DNA of 64,000 nucleotides, from NCBI GenBank assembly GCA_049840735.1, contig JASGJN010000013.1, positions 320,001 to 384,000 on the forward strand, written 5' to 3'. Numbering within the stretch: the first letter of the stretch is position 1; each line of letters starts with the position of its first letter. The notes under the pieces are model-generated. The model was not told the origin of the DNA. It ran no database searches and saw only the letters and a list, made by a program, of their open reading frames with translations. Of the stretch, positions 14,271 through 25,797 are shown in pieces. The DNA is from Anaeromyxobacter sp. (GTDB taxonomy: Bacteria > Myxococcota > Myxococcia > Myxococcales > Anaeromyxobacteraceae). The translations under genes were made by a program, and so were the position numbers.

Positions 14271-16258
14271 ATGACGCCCGCCCTCGCCCTCGCCCTCACC
14301 CTCGCGGCCGGACCGGCGCCTGCCGCCGCCGCCCCGGGCGCGCCCGCCGTGGCGCCCGGCTACAGCGGCCTCGGCCTCGCCAGCGTGACGCCGGAGGTGC
14401 TGCAGCGCTTCGCGCCGCGGCCCATCGACCCCGGGCTGGGCCGGCGCATCCAGCAGATGAAGGACGTGCGGGCGCCCGGGCTGGGGCTCCTCTCCGACGA
14501 CGGCCGGCGGCTCTTCTTCACCTGGAGCGTCACCGGGACGTCGCAGGTCTGGCGGCTCGACGGGCCGGACCGCTTCCCGGTGCAGCTCACCGGCGGCGAG
14601 GACCGGACCGCGGTGGTGGACCTCACGCCGGACGGGAAGACGCTGGTCCTCTCCCGCGATCGCAAGGGCGAGGAGAACCCGGGCATCTACCTCCTCCCGG
14701 CGGACGGCGGGGAGCCGCGGGCGGTGCAGCACCAGCCCGGCGTGCAGAGCCGCGCCGCCTTCGTCTCGCGCGACGGCCGGTGGCTCTACTACTCCGCCAA
14801 CGACCGCCAGCCGGACGCCTACGCCGTCTACCGGTACGAGCTGGCCACCGGCAGGAAGGAGCTGCTGGTGGACGCGCCCGGCCTGTGGTCGCCGGTGGAC
14901 CTGCGCGAGGACGGCGCGCTGCTGCTCCAGAAGGAGACCGGCGCGCTCACCAGCGAGTGGTGGGAGCGGCCGGCGACCGGCGGCGCGCTGGCGCCGCTGC
15001 TGGGCCAGGACGCGCCGCAGGAGTACGACGTGCGCTACGGCGCCGGGCGCGGCGAGCTGCTGGTGCTGACGCCCAGGCTGGGCGAGTTCCGCCGCCTCTA
15101 CCGGCTGCGCGAGGGCCGCCTCGAGCCGATCACGCCCCAGCTGCGCTGGGACGTCTCCGCCTTCACCGTGGACCGGGCCCGCAGGCGGATTTCTATGCGG
15201 TCAACGAGGGCGGCTACACCCGCCTGTCCGCGCTCGACGCGCGCACGCTGCGACCGGTCGAGCTGCCCGCCTTCCCCGGCGCGGACCACGTCTACGCCGG
15301 CGAGCCCACGCGCAGCGGCCGCTGGGTCACGCTGGGCGTCGAGACGCCCACCGCGCCGCGCGCCAGCGCCGTGCTCGACACCACCACCGGGAAGCTCACC
15401 CGCTGGCTCATGCCCAGCGCGCCGGAGCTCGACACGCGCCGCTTCGTGGCCGCGACGCTCACCACCTACCCGGCGCGCGACGGCACGCCCATCCCCGCCA
15501 TCGTGCGCCGGCCGCCCGGCTGCGACACCGCCGCCACGCCCTGCCCGGTGGTGGTCGAGTTCCACGGCGGCCCGGAGGGCCAGGCCAAGCCGGGCTTCGA
15601 TCCCGGCGCCCAGCTCTTCCTGGACGAGGGCTTCGTGCTGGTCGAGCCCAACGTGCGCGGCAGCGACGGCTACGGCCGCGCCTGGCTGGACGCCGACAAC
15701 GGCCCGCGGCGGCTGGGGGTGGTCACCGACATCGAGGACGCCGCCACCTGGGCGCGCCAGGCCTTCGCCCGGAACGGCCAGGCGCCCAAGGTGGGCATCT
15801 ACGGCGGGAGCTACGGCGGCTACTCGGCGCTCACCGGCATGACCCGGTTCGGCGGGGCCTACGACGCCGGCGTGTCGGTGGTCGGCATCGCCAACCTGGT
15901 CACCTTCCTCGAGAACACCGCGCCCTACCGCCGCCTGCTGCGGGTGACCGAGTACGGCGACCCGCAGCAGGACCGGCAGGCGCTGGTGGAGCTCTCGCCG
16001 GTGACCTACGTGGACCGGGTCAAGGGGCCGCTCCTGGTGCTCCAGGGCGCGAACGATCCGCGCGTGCCGGTGGGCGAGGCGGTGCAGATCCACGACGCGC
16101 TCGCCGCCCGCGGCCTGCCGGTCGAGCTGGTCATCTACCCGGACGAGGGGCACGGCGCCGGCAAGCGCGAGAACCAGGTGCACATGATCGGGAAGGCGCT
16201 GCTCTTCTTCCGCGCGCACCTGGGCCCCTCGCCGGCTCGCGGGGCGCCGCGGCCCTGA
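14271..16258 (+). CDS. Secreted S9 family (prolyl oligopeptidase-like) peptidase (frameshift ~15190)
   Basis: Signal peptide, propeller region, HGGPE, NVRGSDGYG, GGSYGG nucleophile, GANDPRV, DEGHG. Confidence 0.93.
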
Positions 16259-16345
16259 AGCGCCGCGGGCCGGTCACCGTGGGGTGACCGGCCCTGGCTG
16301 CGCCGCTTCCTTGCTGAGGCCTGACGCCTGGGGGCCCGAGGCCCT

Positions 16346-16759
16346 CTACTTGCGGCGCGCGTCGATCTCGCCCTGCAGCGCGTCCAGCTTCTCGTCCTTC
16401 GCAGCCGGCGCGGCCTCGGTCTTCTCCGGCGCCTTGCCGGTCAGGTGGGCCTCGCCCGGCTGCCAGCCCGGGCTCATGGTGCCGGCCAGCTCGGTGGCGG
16501 AGCGGCGGAAGAGCTTCAGGACCGGCGAGGCGACGTGCGCGAGCAGCAGCGCGAAGCCGATGAAGGGGAGGAACATCAGGAAGGTGAGGCCCAGCACCGG
16601 CGTGAGCACCAGCGCCAGCAGGGTCGGGATCTTCATCCAGTCGCCCTTGCCCTCGGGGAGCCGCTCGCCGTCGCGCGCCACCGGCTGGATGGCCCACCGG
16701 GCCGCGTTGAGGTAGTAGCCGCTGTTGACCGCCGCGCCGCTCTGGAACCGGTTCGCCAT
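16346..16759 (-). CDS. Hypothetical membrane protein
   Basis: ATG preceded by AAGGGAG; central hydrophobic hairpin LLALVLTPVLGLTFLMFLPFIGFALLL. Confidence 0.7.
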   Translation of the reverse strand: MANRFQSGAAVNSGYYLNAARWAIQPVARDGERLPEGKGDWMKIPTLLALVLTPVLGLTFLMFLPFIGFALLLAHVASPVLKLFRRSATELAGTMSPGWQPGEAHLTGKAPEKTEAAPAAKDEKLDALQGEIDARRK

Positions 16760-17100
16760 GACGTGCTCCCTTTCGTGCTTCGCAAGAGGTTCGAAGGCTG
16801 TCTTCGGTTCGTAATCTCTCGCATCCCGGCCTCCGCCGATATTGGGCCGGCGCCCGAGCCTCGCGGGAAAGAGTCCGGTGCGGGGCGCGGCGGACTCCGG
16901 AGGAGCGCATCGGGAAACCGCCCGAGGCGATTCCCCTGCGGCAGAACCGCGCGATCCCGGGGGGTCGGGGCCGCCGGCGCGGCACCGGAGCGGCGCCGGC
17001 CGGGGCCGGACGCCCCGGGACCGGCCGATCCTGCCCACCCGCGAACAAGCGGTCACGCGCCGTTCATCCGACCTCCACGGCGCCGGTCCAGGCTCCCAGC

Positions 17101-17463
17101 ATGAAGAAGCGCGCTCCTGTCCTGCTGGTGGATGACGACGACGTGCTCCGGACCGCCGTGGCCAGGCTGCTCCGCCACACCGGGCTCGAGGTGGTGGAGG
17201 CCCACGACGGCGGCGAGGCGCTGGCGCTGCTGGGCGCGGAAGGCCTGCGGCCCGGCGTGATCGTCACGGACCTGCAGATGCCGCGGGTGGGCGGCGCGGC
17301 GCTGGTCCAGGCGGTGCGCAGCGCGCCGGCGCTCGACGGCGTGCCCATCGTGCTGGTCTCCGGCGGCGAGATGCGCGACGTGGGCGCGGATCGCTACCTG
17401 GCCAAGCCCTACAGCCCCACCGACCTGCTCGACACGATGGACGCGTTGGCCCGCGCCGGCTGA
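17101..17463 (+). CDS. Single-domain response regulator (receiver)
   Basis: VLLVDDD, VTDLQMP, LVSG, LAKPY. Confidence 0.92.
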   Translation: MKKRAPVLLVDDDDVLRTAVARLLRHTGLEVVEAHDGGEALALLGAEGLRPGVIVTDLQMPRVGGAALVQAVRSAPALDGVPIVLVSGGEMRDVGADRYLAKPYSPTDLLDTMDALARAG

Positions 17464-17475
17464 TCGCCGCTCCGC

Positions 17476-18684
17476 TCAGCGCGCCAGCCAGGCCCGCAGC
17501 TGCGCGTACACCGCCGGATTGTCGAGCAGGTCGAAGTGCCCCCGCCCGCGCGCGATGAACCGCCGGCCGGGCGGGATGCCCAGCGCCCGGCCCGGCTCGG
17601 CGTGGTCCCCCAGGGCGCTGGCCAGCGGCACCAGCCCGTCGCCCAGGCCGTCGCGCAGCCCCGGAGCGCGCGCCAGCGTGGCGGCCACGGCGAAGGCGCG
17701 CACGCCGGCCGGCAGCGGCACCGGCGTGGGCCGCCTGCCCCTCCGCCCGAAGCGATCGCGCCCGCGCCAGTCGGCCTCCACCAGGCTGCCGTGGCGGAGG
17801 TCGGTCACCCCGGCGCTCCGGATCCGCCCCAGCCGGCCGATGGGGGCCGCGTAAGGGCTCTGCCCCAGCAGCAGGTCCAGCCAGTGGCCGCCGCGCTCCA
17901 GCGGCGAGCCGTGGTGCGGCGTGCCCAGGAAGACCAGCTCGCGCGCCCGCCCGGGCCAGGCGTGCCCCGCGGCCTCGCCGGCGTGCAGCGCGCTGCGCGT
18001 GACCAGCCCGCCCATGCTGTGGGCCAGGAAGGACAGCTCCGCCGCCGGCGCCGGCCAGGCCGCCACCAGCCGCTCCAGCAGCGCCGCGAGCGCGCGGCCG
18101 TTGTCCGAGACGTGCCGCCCGGTGTTGTAGCGGACGTAGACCGCGGCCACCCCGAGCTCGGCCGCCAGCGCCGCGCCGTGATCGTGGCCGCGCCTGCGCC
18201 AGCGCAGGTCGTCCTGGCAGGCGCCGTGGACCAGCACCAGCACCCGCCGCGGCGCGGCCGGGAAGGCGCGGGCCAGCGCCGCCTGCTCCAGCGAGAGGGG
18301 CTCCCCGGCGCTGCACAGCGCCATCTCGAGCGCCAGCGGGTTTCCGCTCGCCGCCAGGTGATCGCCCACCACGCCGTTGAGCGCCGCCACCACCGCCTGC
18401 CGGCGCGCGGAGCGACGCCGGGGCTCGGGCGGGGCCAGCCGCGCCGCCAGCTCCACGCCCGCGCCGGCGGTGCGCGTGACGCCTCGGATGGAGCGGTAGA
18501 CCAGCCCGGTGATGCCGCCCGGCGCGCCGGCCGGCGCCGGCCCCAGCGGCGGCGCCAGGCGGCGCACGGCGTGGTGCATGGCCTCCACCACCGCGGTGAC
18601 CCCCAGCGTCGCGTCGAAGGCCAGCCGGGCCCAGCCATGCAGGTCGGCCAGATCGGTTCGGGCAGCGCGCATGACCGGACCCAT
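17476..18684 (-). CDS. Alpha/beta hydrolase (PGAP1/lipase-like)
   Basis: LVHG, YNTGRH, AHSMGGL nucleophile elbow, LGTPHHGSPL, GDGLVP, GHFDLL. Confidence 0.88.
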   Translation of the reverse strand: MGPVMRAARTDLADLHGWARLAFDATLGVTAVVEAMHHAVRRLAPPLGPAPAGAPGGITGLVYRSIRGVTRTAGAGVELAARLAPPEPRRRSARRQAVVAALNGVVGDHLAASGNPLALEMALCSAGEPLSLEQAALARAFPAAPRRVLVLVHGACQDDLRWRRRGHDHGAALAAELGVAAVYVRYNTGRHVSDNGRALAALLERLVAAWPAPAAELSFLAHSMGGLVTRSALHAGEAAGHAWPGRARELVFLGTPHHGSPLERGGHWLDLLLGQSPYAAPIGRLGRIRSAGVTDLRHGSLVEADWRGRDRFGRRGRRPTPVPLPAGVRAFAVAATLARAPGLRDGLGDGLVPLASALGDHAEPGRALGIPPGRRFIARGRGHFDLLDNPAVYAQLRAWLAR

Positions 18685-18707
18685 ACCGCGGCCTGCGGGG
18701 GAAGACC

Positions 18708-18911
18708 TCAGCCCAGCCGGTACGCCTCGCGGATCCCCGCCTCCCAGGCCTCGGCCTGGGTGGGGTAGGTCCCCTCGGTGTGGCGCTGGCCATCGATGGC
18801 GAGCGTCCAGCGCCAGTCCTCGCCCAGCGTGAGCGTCAGGGTGTGCTTCCCTGCCTCGAAGGTGATGGGGAGCCGCTCGACCGCTGCCGGGGGGAGGCGT
18901 GACTGGGACAT
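18708..18911 (-). CDS. Small hypothetical protein
   Basis: 67-aa ORF with globular composition (WRWTLAIDG..AEAWEAGIRE). Confidence 0.55.
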   Translation of the reverse strand: MSQSRLPPAAVERLPITFEAGKHTLTLTLGEDWRWTLAIDGQRHTEGTYPTQAEAWEAGIREAYRLG

Positions 18912-19002
18912 GCCGGGAGTGTACCCGGTTTCACGCGGGCCGGTCGCCGCCGGGACCCGGCGGTGTCAGGGGCAGGAGGTATCCAGATGTTCAGGACCGA
19001 CC

Positions 19003-21751
19003 ATGCCCGCCGAACCCGCCCGCCGCAGCAGCCCGCTGTCCGAGCGCCTCACCCCCGAGGCGGTGGAGCGCGCCTTCCCTTCGGCGGCGCTGGCGCAGGC
19101 GCGGCTGGTCATCGACGAGGGGCGCCTCTCGCGGCCGGACCTGCGCGGGCAGAAGGTGGAGTCCATCGTGGTGGGGGACGACCGCATCGCCCGGCGCGTC
19201 CAGCTGGCCTGGGGCGAGCGCGGCCTGGAGTCGGCCTGCACCTGCGGCCACCGCCAGTGCCCCCACGGCGCGGCCCTGGCGCTGCTGGTGGCCGACGAGG
19301 CGCCGCTGCCCGGCGCGCCCTCGGCGCCGCCGGCCCCCTCGCCGCGCGAGCAGGAGCGCCGGCGCCGCGAGGCGCGGGGCAAGACCGAGATCTTCGTCAT
19401 CTCGCGCCTGGGCGCCACGCGGCTGCTGGGCGAGTACGAGGTCGCCTCGCCCTCCTCGCAGGCCTACCGGGTCACGCTCCGCTCGCTGGACGACCCGCAC
19501 AACGGCTGCTCCTGCCCGGACTTCGCCACCAACCTGCTCGGCACCTGCAAGCACGTCGAGGCGGTGCTGCACCACCTCCGGCGCGACGCGCCCCGCCGGC
19601 TGCAGCGCGCGCTGTTCGACGCCGGGGAGCCCTACCTGCACCTGGTGTTCGAGCCGGAGGAGACCGTCGCGCTCCACCACGCGCCCGGCACGGCGGCCCG
19701 CTTCGCGGCGCGCCACTTCGGCCCGGACGGACGGCTGCGCCTGCCCCTGGCGCAGGTCTGGCCGGAGCTGTCGCGCGACGCGGTGGAGGCCGGCGTGGCC
19801 ATCCCGCCGGAGGTGACCCGCGTCGCCGAGCGGGCCCTGGAGGCGGAGCGGCGCGAGAAGCGGCGGCGCCAGGTGGAGGAGGAGGTCCGCGCCGCCGGGC
19901 GGGAGCCGCCGGGCCTGCGGCTGCCGCTCTACCCGTACCAGGTGGAGGGCGTGGCCTTCCTGGCCGCCCGCGGGCGGGCCCTGCTGGCGGACGAGATGGG
20001 GCTGGGCAAGACCGCCCAGGCCATCGGCGCGCTGGAGGCGCTGGCGCGGCGCGGGGAGGTCCGGCGCACCCTGGTGGTCTGCCCCACCTCGCTCAAGCAC
20101 CAGTGGCTGCGCGAGCTGCAGCAGTTCAGCGGGATGGCGGCGGACGAGGTGGCGGTGATTCCCGGCTCGCGCGAGGAGCGGCGGGCGCGCTACGCCGACC
20201 CGCCGCGCGTGCTGATCACAAGCTACGAGCTGGCGCGCGCCGACGAGCGCGAGCTGCTCGACCTGGCGCCGGACCTGCTCATCCTGGACGAGGCCCAGCG
20301 CATCAAGAACTGGCGCACCCGCACCGCCACGGTGGTGAAGCGCATCCCCAGCCGCTTCGCCTTCGTGCTCACCGGCACGCCGCTGGAGAACCGGCTGGAC
20401 GACCTCTACAGCCTGATGCAGGTGGTGGACCCGCACCTGTTCGGCCCGCTCTGGCGCTTCAACCAGGAGTTCACCGACCTGGACGAGGCCGGCAAGCCCA
20501 CCGGTTACCGCAACCTGGACCGGCTGCGCGCCCGCATCGCCCCGGCCGTGCTGCGGCGGCGCAAGGAGGAGGTGCTGGCCGACCTGCCCGAGCGCCTGGT
20601 CTCCCGCCGGGTGGTGCCGCTCACGCCGGAGCAGCGCGAGCTGCACGACGAGGCGGAGGCCTCCGCCGGGCGGCTGCTGGCGCAGCTCAAGAAGCGGGCG
20701 CTCACGCCTCCGGAGGAGCAGCGGCTCATGCGCGCGTTCCAGCGGATGCGCATGGCCTGCGACGCCGCCGCGCTGGTCCGGGAGGACGCGCCGCCGGGCG
20801 CGCCCAAGCTGGACGAGCTGGAGCGGCTCCTGGAGGAGATCTGCCTCGAGGAGGGGCGGAAGGTCGTGGTCTTCAGCGAGTGGGAGAAGATGCAGGGGCT
20901 GGCGGCCGAGGTCTGCGATTGGCTGGGCGTCCCCTACGTCCGGCTGCACGGCGGCGTGCCCGGCGCCCAGCGCGGCGCCCTGGTGGACCGCTTCCGCGAG
21001 GACCCGGCCTGCAAGGTCTTCCTCTCCACCGACGCCGGCGGCGTGGGGCTGAACCTCCAGGCCGCCAGCCACGTGGTCAACCTCGACCTCCCCTGGAACC
21101 CGGCCGTGCTGGCCCAGCGCATCGGCCGCGTCCACCGGCTGGGGCAGCGGCAGCCGGTCAACGTGGTGCTGCTGGTCTCGGAGGGGAGCTTCGAGGAGCG
21201 CCTGGAGGGCGGGCTCGACTCCAAGCGGGCGCTGTTCGCCGCGGCGGTCGGGGACGACGCCGACACCACCGCGCTGGAGCGCACCTCGCTGGCGCGCCGG
21301 ATCGCCGCCGCGCTGGAGGGGGCCGGCGCGCCTGGGCCCGCCCCGGCCGCGGCGCCGGAGCCCGAGCCGGAGGAGGACGCCGCGCGCGCCGCGCGGCGGG
21401 CGCTGGTGACTGTGGCCGAGCGCAAGCGGGCCGGCGGCGACGCGCTGCTGGCGGCCGGGCAGCCCGCGGACGCCCTGGCGCTCTTCCGCGACGCCATCGC
21501 CCGCGCGCTGCGCGCGCTCGAATCCGCGCGGCGATCCGGGCGAGGGGGCGGCGGCGCTGCTGGCGGCGCTGCACGGCCACCTGCTGCCCGAGGGGATCCT
21601 GGCCGAGGCCGACGCCGGCGCCTATGCGCGCGCCGCCGAGGCCGCCCGCGCCTTCGAGGCGGCGCCGCTCTCGCCCCCGCCGGCGCTGGTGCAGGTGGTG
21701 GCGGGCGACGCCCACCGCCTGGTGGCCCGGGCCCGCGCCGGTGCCACCTGA
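19003..21751 (+). CDS. SNF2-family helicase/ATPase with two SWIM zinc fingers (frameshift ~21522)
   Basis: CTC..CPH and CSCPDF..CKH; LADEMGLGKT, DEAQ, LTGTPLEN, GGVGLNLQ, WNP..QRIGRVHR. Confidence 0.93.
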
Positions 21752-21769
21752 GCACCATGGGCGGGCGGC

Positions 21770-22772
21770 TCAGCCCATCCACTCCGGGTTCTGCGAGGTG
21801 GCGTCGTAGCGATCGGTGGTCTTGTACCGCTCGTCCGCCCCGGTCTCGCCCGGCGGGCGGGAGGCCTCGAGCAGCCGCTCCACGTCGCCCAGGGCGAGCG
21901 GCTGGAACCCCCTGGCCACCCGGAGCGCCTGCTCGACCCGCTCGACGCTCTCGCACCCGGTCACGGTGACGCTGACCGGCAGGCTCATGGCGTACCGGAG
22001 GCAGTCCCCGGCCCCGACGATGGCGCGCTGCGGGATGCGGCCGTCGGCGAGCGGCTTCATGCCGATGACCCCCACCCGCTCCTCGACCAGCCGCGGCAGC
22101 ACGCGCTTCTCGAACGAGTCGTAGTGGGCGTCGAGCACGTTGAGCGGCAGCTGCACGGCGTCCCAGGTGAACCCGTGCTCGGCGGCGGCGTCCAGCATGG
22201 CCAGGTGGAAGGTGGGGGACTTGTGCCCGGTGAAGCCGAGGAACCGGACCTTGCCGGCCTCCCGGGCGGCCAGCAGCGCCTCGATGGCCCCGCCCGGCTC
22301 GAAGGTGCGGATCGGGTCCGAGGCGCGGATCACCTCGTGCAGCTGCAGCAGGTCCACCTGCTCCACGCCCAGGTGGGCGAGCGACTCGTCGAATCTGCCG
22401 GGCGGCCGCCCCCCGCGAGCGCCCGTCGATCTTCGTCATGAGGAAGACCCGCGCGCGATAGCCGTCGCGCAGCGCCAGCCCCATGCGCCGCTCCGACTCG
22501 CCGGCGTGGTAGTCCCAGCAGTTGTCCAGGAAGGTGATCCCGCCGTCCACCGCGGTCCGGACGATGCGCACGCTCTCGTCCACCGAGTCCGGCACGCCCA
22601 TGTGATACCCGCCGAGCCCCACGATGGAGACGGCCGCCCCGGTCCTCCCGAGGCGCCGCCGCGGGATGGCCTGGGGATCCACCGGGCCCGCGCCACCCCC
22701 GCCGCTCCCGCAGCCCATGGCGGGAAGGACGGTGAGCGCCAGGGCCGCCTTCAGGAAGTCGCGCCGGTTCAT
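21770..22772 (-). CDS. Aldo/keto reductase with Tat signal (frameshift ~22393)
   Basis: MNRRDFLK; RRLGRTG..GLGG, FLDNCWDY, DLLQLHE, GKVRFLGFTGH. Confidence 0.9.
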
Positions 22773-22875
22773 GCGCACAAGGTGCCCCCTGCGCCCCGCG
22801 CCGCCCACCCCGGCGCCTGTCCGCTAAAACGGATGTTATGGACGCTCCTCCGCCATCTCGGCTACAAGCCGGGAC

Positions 22876-23928
22876 ATGACCACCGCCCCCCAGCGCCACT
22901 TCGCGAGCGACAACTACGCCGGCCTCTGCCCCGAGGCGCTGGCGGCCATGGTGGAGGCCAACGTCGGCCACGCGCCGGGCTACGGCGACGACCGCTGGAC
23001 CGCCGAGGCCGCCGACCTGATCCGCGAGACCTTCCAGGCGCCGCAGGCCGAGGTCTTCTTCGCCTTCAACGGCACCGCGGCCAACTCCCTGGCGCTCGCC
23101 TCGCTGTGCCAGTCCTACCACTCGATCCTCTGCCACGAGACCGCGCACGTGGAGACCGACGAGTGCGGCGCCCCCGAGTTCTTCTCCAACGGCACCAAGG
23201 TGCTGACCGTGGGCGGCCCGCACGGCAAGGTGGACCCGGCCGCCATCGACTTCATGGTGGGCCGCCGCTCGGACATCCACTACCCGAAGCCGCGCGTGGT
23301 GTCGGTCACCCAGCCCTCCGAGCTGGGCACGCTCTACACGCCGGCCGAGCTGGCCGCCGTGGGCGCCCGCGCCCGCGCCCACGGGCTGCGGATGCACATG
23401 GACGGCGCCCGCTTCGCCAACGCCGCGGCCGCGCTGGGCGTCGCGCCCGCCGAGCTGACCTGGAAGGTGGGCGTGGACGTGCTCTGCCTGGGCGGCACCA
23501 AGAACGGCATGGCGGTGGGGGAGGCCATCGTCTTCTTCGACCGCGCCCTGGCCGACGAGTTCGAGTACCGCTGCAAGCAGGCCGGCCAGCTGGCCTCGAA
23601 GATGCGCTTCCTGGCCGCCCCCTGGGTCGGCATGCTGCGCGGCGGCGCCTGGCTGCGCCACGCCGGCCACGCCAACGCCATGGCCGCCCGGCTGGCCGCA
23701 GCGCTCTCCGGCCAGCCCGGCGTGGAGGTGCTCCACCCCGTGCAGGCCAACGCCGTCTTCGTCCGCATCCCGCCCGCCGCCGCCACCGCGCTGCGCGCCG
23801 GCGGCTGGCGCTTCTACGACTTCATCGGCGCCGGCGGCGCCCGCTTCATGTGCGCCTGGGACACGCAGCCGGAGGACGTCGACCGCTTCGCCGCGGACGT
23901 GAGCGCGGCCGCGAAGCGGGCCGGCTGA
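22876..23928 (+). CDS. ltaE: Low-specificity L-threonine aldolase
   Basis: FASDNYAG, GYGDD, NGTAAN, HMDGARFAN, GGTKNG (PLP lysine). Confidence 0.92.
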   Translation: MTTAPQRHFASDNYAGLCPEALAAMVEANVGHAPGYGDDRWTAEAADLIRETFQAPQAEVFFAFNGTAANSLALASLCQSYHSILCHETAHVETDECGAPEFFSNGTKVLTVGGPHGKVDPAAIDFMVGRRSDIHYPKPRVVSVTQPSELGTLYTPAELAAVGARARAHGLRMHMDGARFANAAAALGVAPAELTWKVGVDVLCLGGTKNGMAVGEAIVFFDRALADEFEYRCKQAGQLASKMRFLAAPWVGMLRGGAWLRHAGHANAMAARLAAALSGQPGVEVLHPVQANAVFVRIPPAAATALRAGGWRFYDFIGAGGARFMCAWDTQPEDVDRFAADVSAAAKRAG

Positions 23929-23931
23929 GCC

Positions 23932-24396
23932 CTACTGCGGCGCCGGCCCCGGCTGCGCGCTGTCGTCCACCACCACCCGCCCGGTCGGCGTGCTCATCGA
24001 CCCGTGATGTGTGCGGCAGTAATACGGCACGCTCGTCTCCAGGGGCGCATCGCCCGGCAGCGTGAAGGTCCGGCTCCCGGCAGCGAACTCGCCGGTGTCG
24101 AAGGAGACGCCGTCCACCCCGCCGGGCGAGTAGTCCTCCGGCGCGTCCTCGCTGGTCACCGAGTGGGGCATGGTGTCCCGGTTCAGGACGGTGACCGTCC
24201 CGCCGGGCGGCACGTGCAGCTCCAGCGGCGAGTAGGCCATGTTGCTGATGGTGATGTAGAAGCCGTCCGGCAACCCGGTCGGGCCGGTGGGGCCCGTGGG
24301 GCTGCCGCCCCCGTAACCGCCCGAACCGCCGCACGCCCCCAGGCCCAGGGCCGCCAGGCCCGCCACCACCGCTGCCCTCCAGCGCATCCGCGACAT
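23932..24396 (-). CDS. Cupredoxin (plastocyanin/azurin-like) lipoprotein
   Basis: Lipobox LGAC; N..PHSV and YYCRTHHGSM type-1 copper ligands (H, C, H, M). Confidence 0.82.
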   Translation of the reverse strand: MSRMRWRAAVVAGLAALGLGACGGSGGYGGGSPTGPTGPTGLPDGFYITISNMAYSPLELHVPPGGTVTVLNRDTMPHSVTSEDAPEDYSPGGVDGVSFDTGEFAAGSRTFTLPGDAPLETSVPYYCRTHHGSMSTPTGRVVVDDSAQPGPAPQ

Positions 24397-24419
24397 CGCA
24401 CACCTCCTGGTTTCCACCC

Positions 24420-25796
24420 TCACCGCCCCGACACGTACCCCGGCGCCGACGTGTCCCCTCCTCCGTCGCCGCCCCGCCCCAGCTGCCCCCACGCGCCGTC
24501 GCCCCAGCACATCACCCCGCCGCTCGCGAGCAGCGCGCAGGTGTGCGCGTAGCCGGCCGTGACCGCCTGCACCGCCGGCAGGTCCACCGTCACCGCCCCG
24601 CGCGCGGTGGCCGGCACGCCCAGCTGGCCGCTGCCGTTGCCGCCGAAGCAGCGCAGCGCGCCGCCCCCCGCGGCGCAGCTGTGCGCGCCGCCGGTCGCGA
24701 CCTGCGCCGGGGCCACGCCGGCAAGGTCCACCGCCGCCGGGGTGCGGACCACGCCCGGCGTGGGGTCGCCGCCGGCCGACTGGCCGGAGTCGTTGCCGCC
24801 CCAGCAGAGCAGCGCCCCGTCGGCCACGGCGCAGGAGTGGACCGCCCCGCCCGCCACCTGCGCGGCGCCGGAGCCGATGGGCCGCTGCGGCGTGTTCCGG
24901 TTCTGGGTGTTGCCGTCGCCCAGCTGGCTGGAGCCGTCCGCCCCCCAGCACCAGGCCTGCCCCGCCACCACCGCGCAGGTGTGCCGGTCGCCGGTCGCGA
25001 TGGCGGTGGCGCCGCTGCCCAGGCCGGACGGCGCCACCGGCGCGAGCCGCTGGGTGAAGCTGCCGTCGCCCAGCTGGCCGGACTCGTTGCCGCCCCAGCA
25101 GCGGACCAGCCCGCCGGCCAGCGCGCAGGTGTGGCCGTAGTAGGTGGAGACCTGCCCTGCGTTCTCGCCGCCGCCGGCCGCCAGCGCGGTCACCCCGGCC
25201 AGGCCGGGCACCTTCACCGGCGCGGTCCGCCCGGTGGTGGTCCCGTCGCCCAGCGCGCCGGTGGAGTTGTCACCCCAGCACCAGGCCTCCCCGGCCACCG
25301 CCGCGCAGGTGTGGACGTAGCCGGCGGCGAGCGCGGTGGCCGGGCCGGGCAGGGCCACGTCCACCGGGGCGTCGCGCTGGTCGGTGGTGCCGTCGCCCAG
25401 CTGGCCGCGCCGGTTGTCGCCCCAGCAGTGCACGGCGCCGTCCGCGGTGATGGCGCAGGTGTGGGCCCAGCCGGCCGCCACGGCGATGGCCGCCTGGCAG
25501 CTGTCCCCGCTGCGCAGCGTGCCGGGGGCGCAGGCGAAGGTGCACGCGTGCGCCTCGCACACCGCCTCGGCGCCGGCCGGCAGCGCGCGCCCGGTGCAGT
25601 CGGCGCAGCCGTTGCCGCAGTGGGTGGGGTCCTCGTCGAAGCAGGCGCCGCCGCAGATCACCTGCACCGCGCTGCAGGAGGGGGCGATGTCGGCGGGATC
25701 CGCCTGGCCGTCCACCAGCGTGCCGCTGCAGGCGGCCGCGCCGGCGGCGAGGAGCGCCACGGCGGCCAGCGCGAGGAGGGAGCGGTGCCGGGCCAT
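24420..25796 (-). CDS. RCC1/BLIP-II repeat lipoprotein with Cys-rich N-terminal region
   Basis: Lipobox AAAC; seven H[TS]CA...C[WF]G...GxLG-type repeats. Confidence 0.9.
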   Translation of the reverse strand: MARHRSLLALAAVALLAAGAAACSGTLVDGQADPADIAPSCSAVQVICGGACFDEDPTHCGNGCADCTGRALPAGAEAVCEAHACTFACAPGTLRSGDSCQAAIAVAAGWAHTCAITADGAVHCWGDNRRGQLGDGTTDQRDAPVDVALPGPATALAAGYVHTCAAVAGEAWCWGDNSTGALGDGTTTGRTAPVKVPGLAGVTALAAGGGENAGQVSTYYGHTCALAGGLVRCWGGNESGQLGDGSFTQRLAPVAPSGLGSGATAIATGDRHTCAVVAGQAWCWGADGSSQLGDGNTQNRNTPQRPIGSGAAQVAGGAVHSCAVADGALLCWGGNDSGQSAGGDPTPGVVRTPAAVDLAGVAPAQVATGGAHSCAAGGGALRCFGGNGSGQLGVPATARGAVTVDLPAVQAVTAGYAHTCALLASGGVMCWGDGAWGQLGRGGDGGGDTSAPGYVSGR

Positions 25797-25797
25797 C

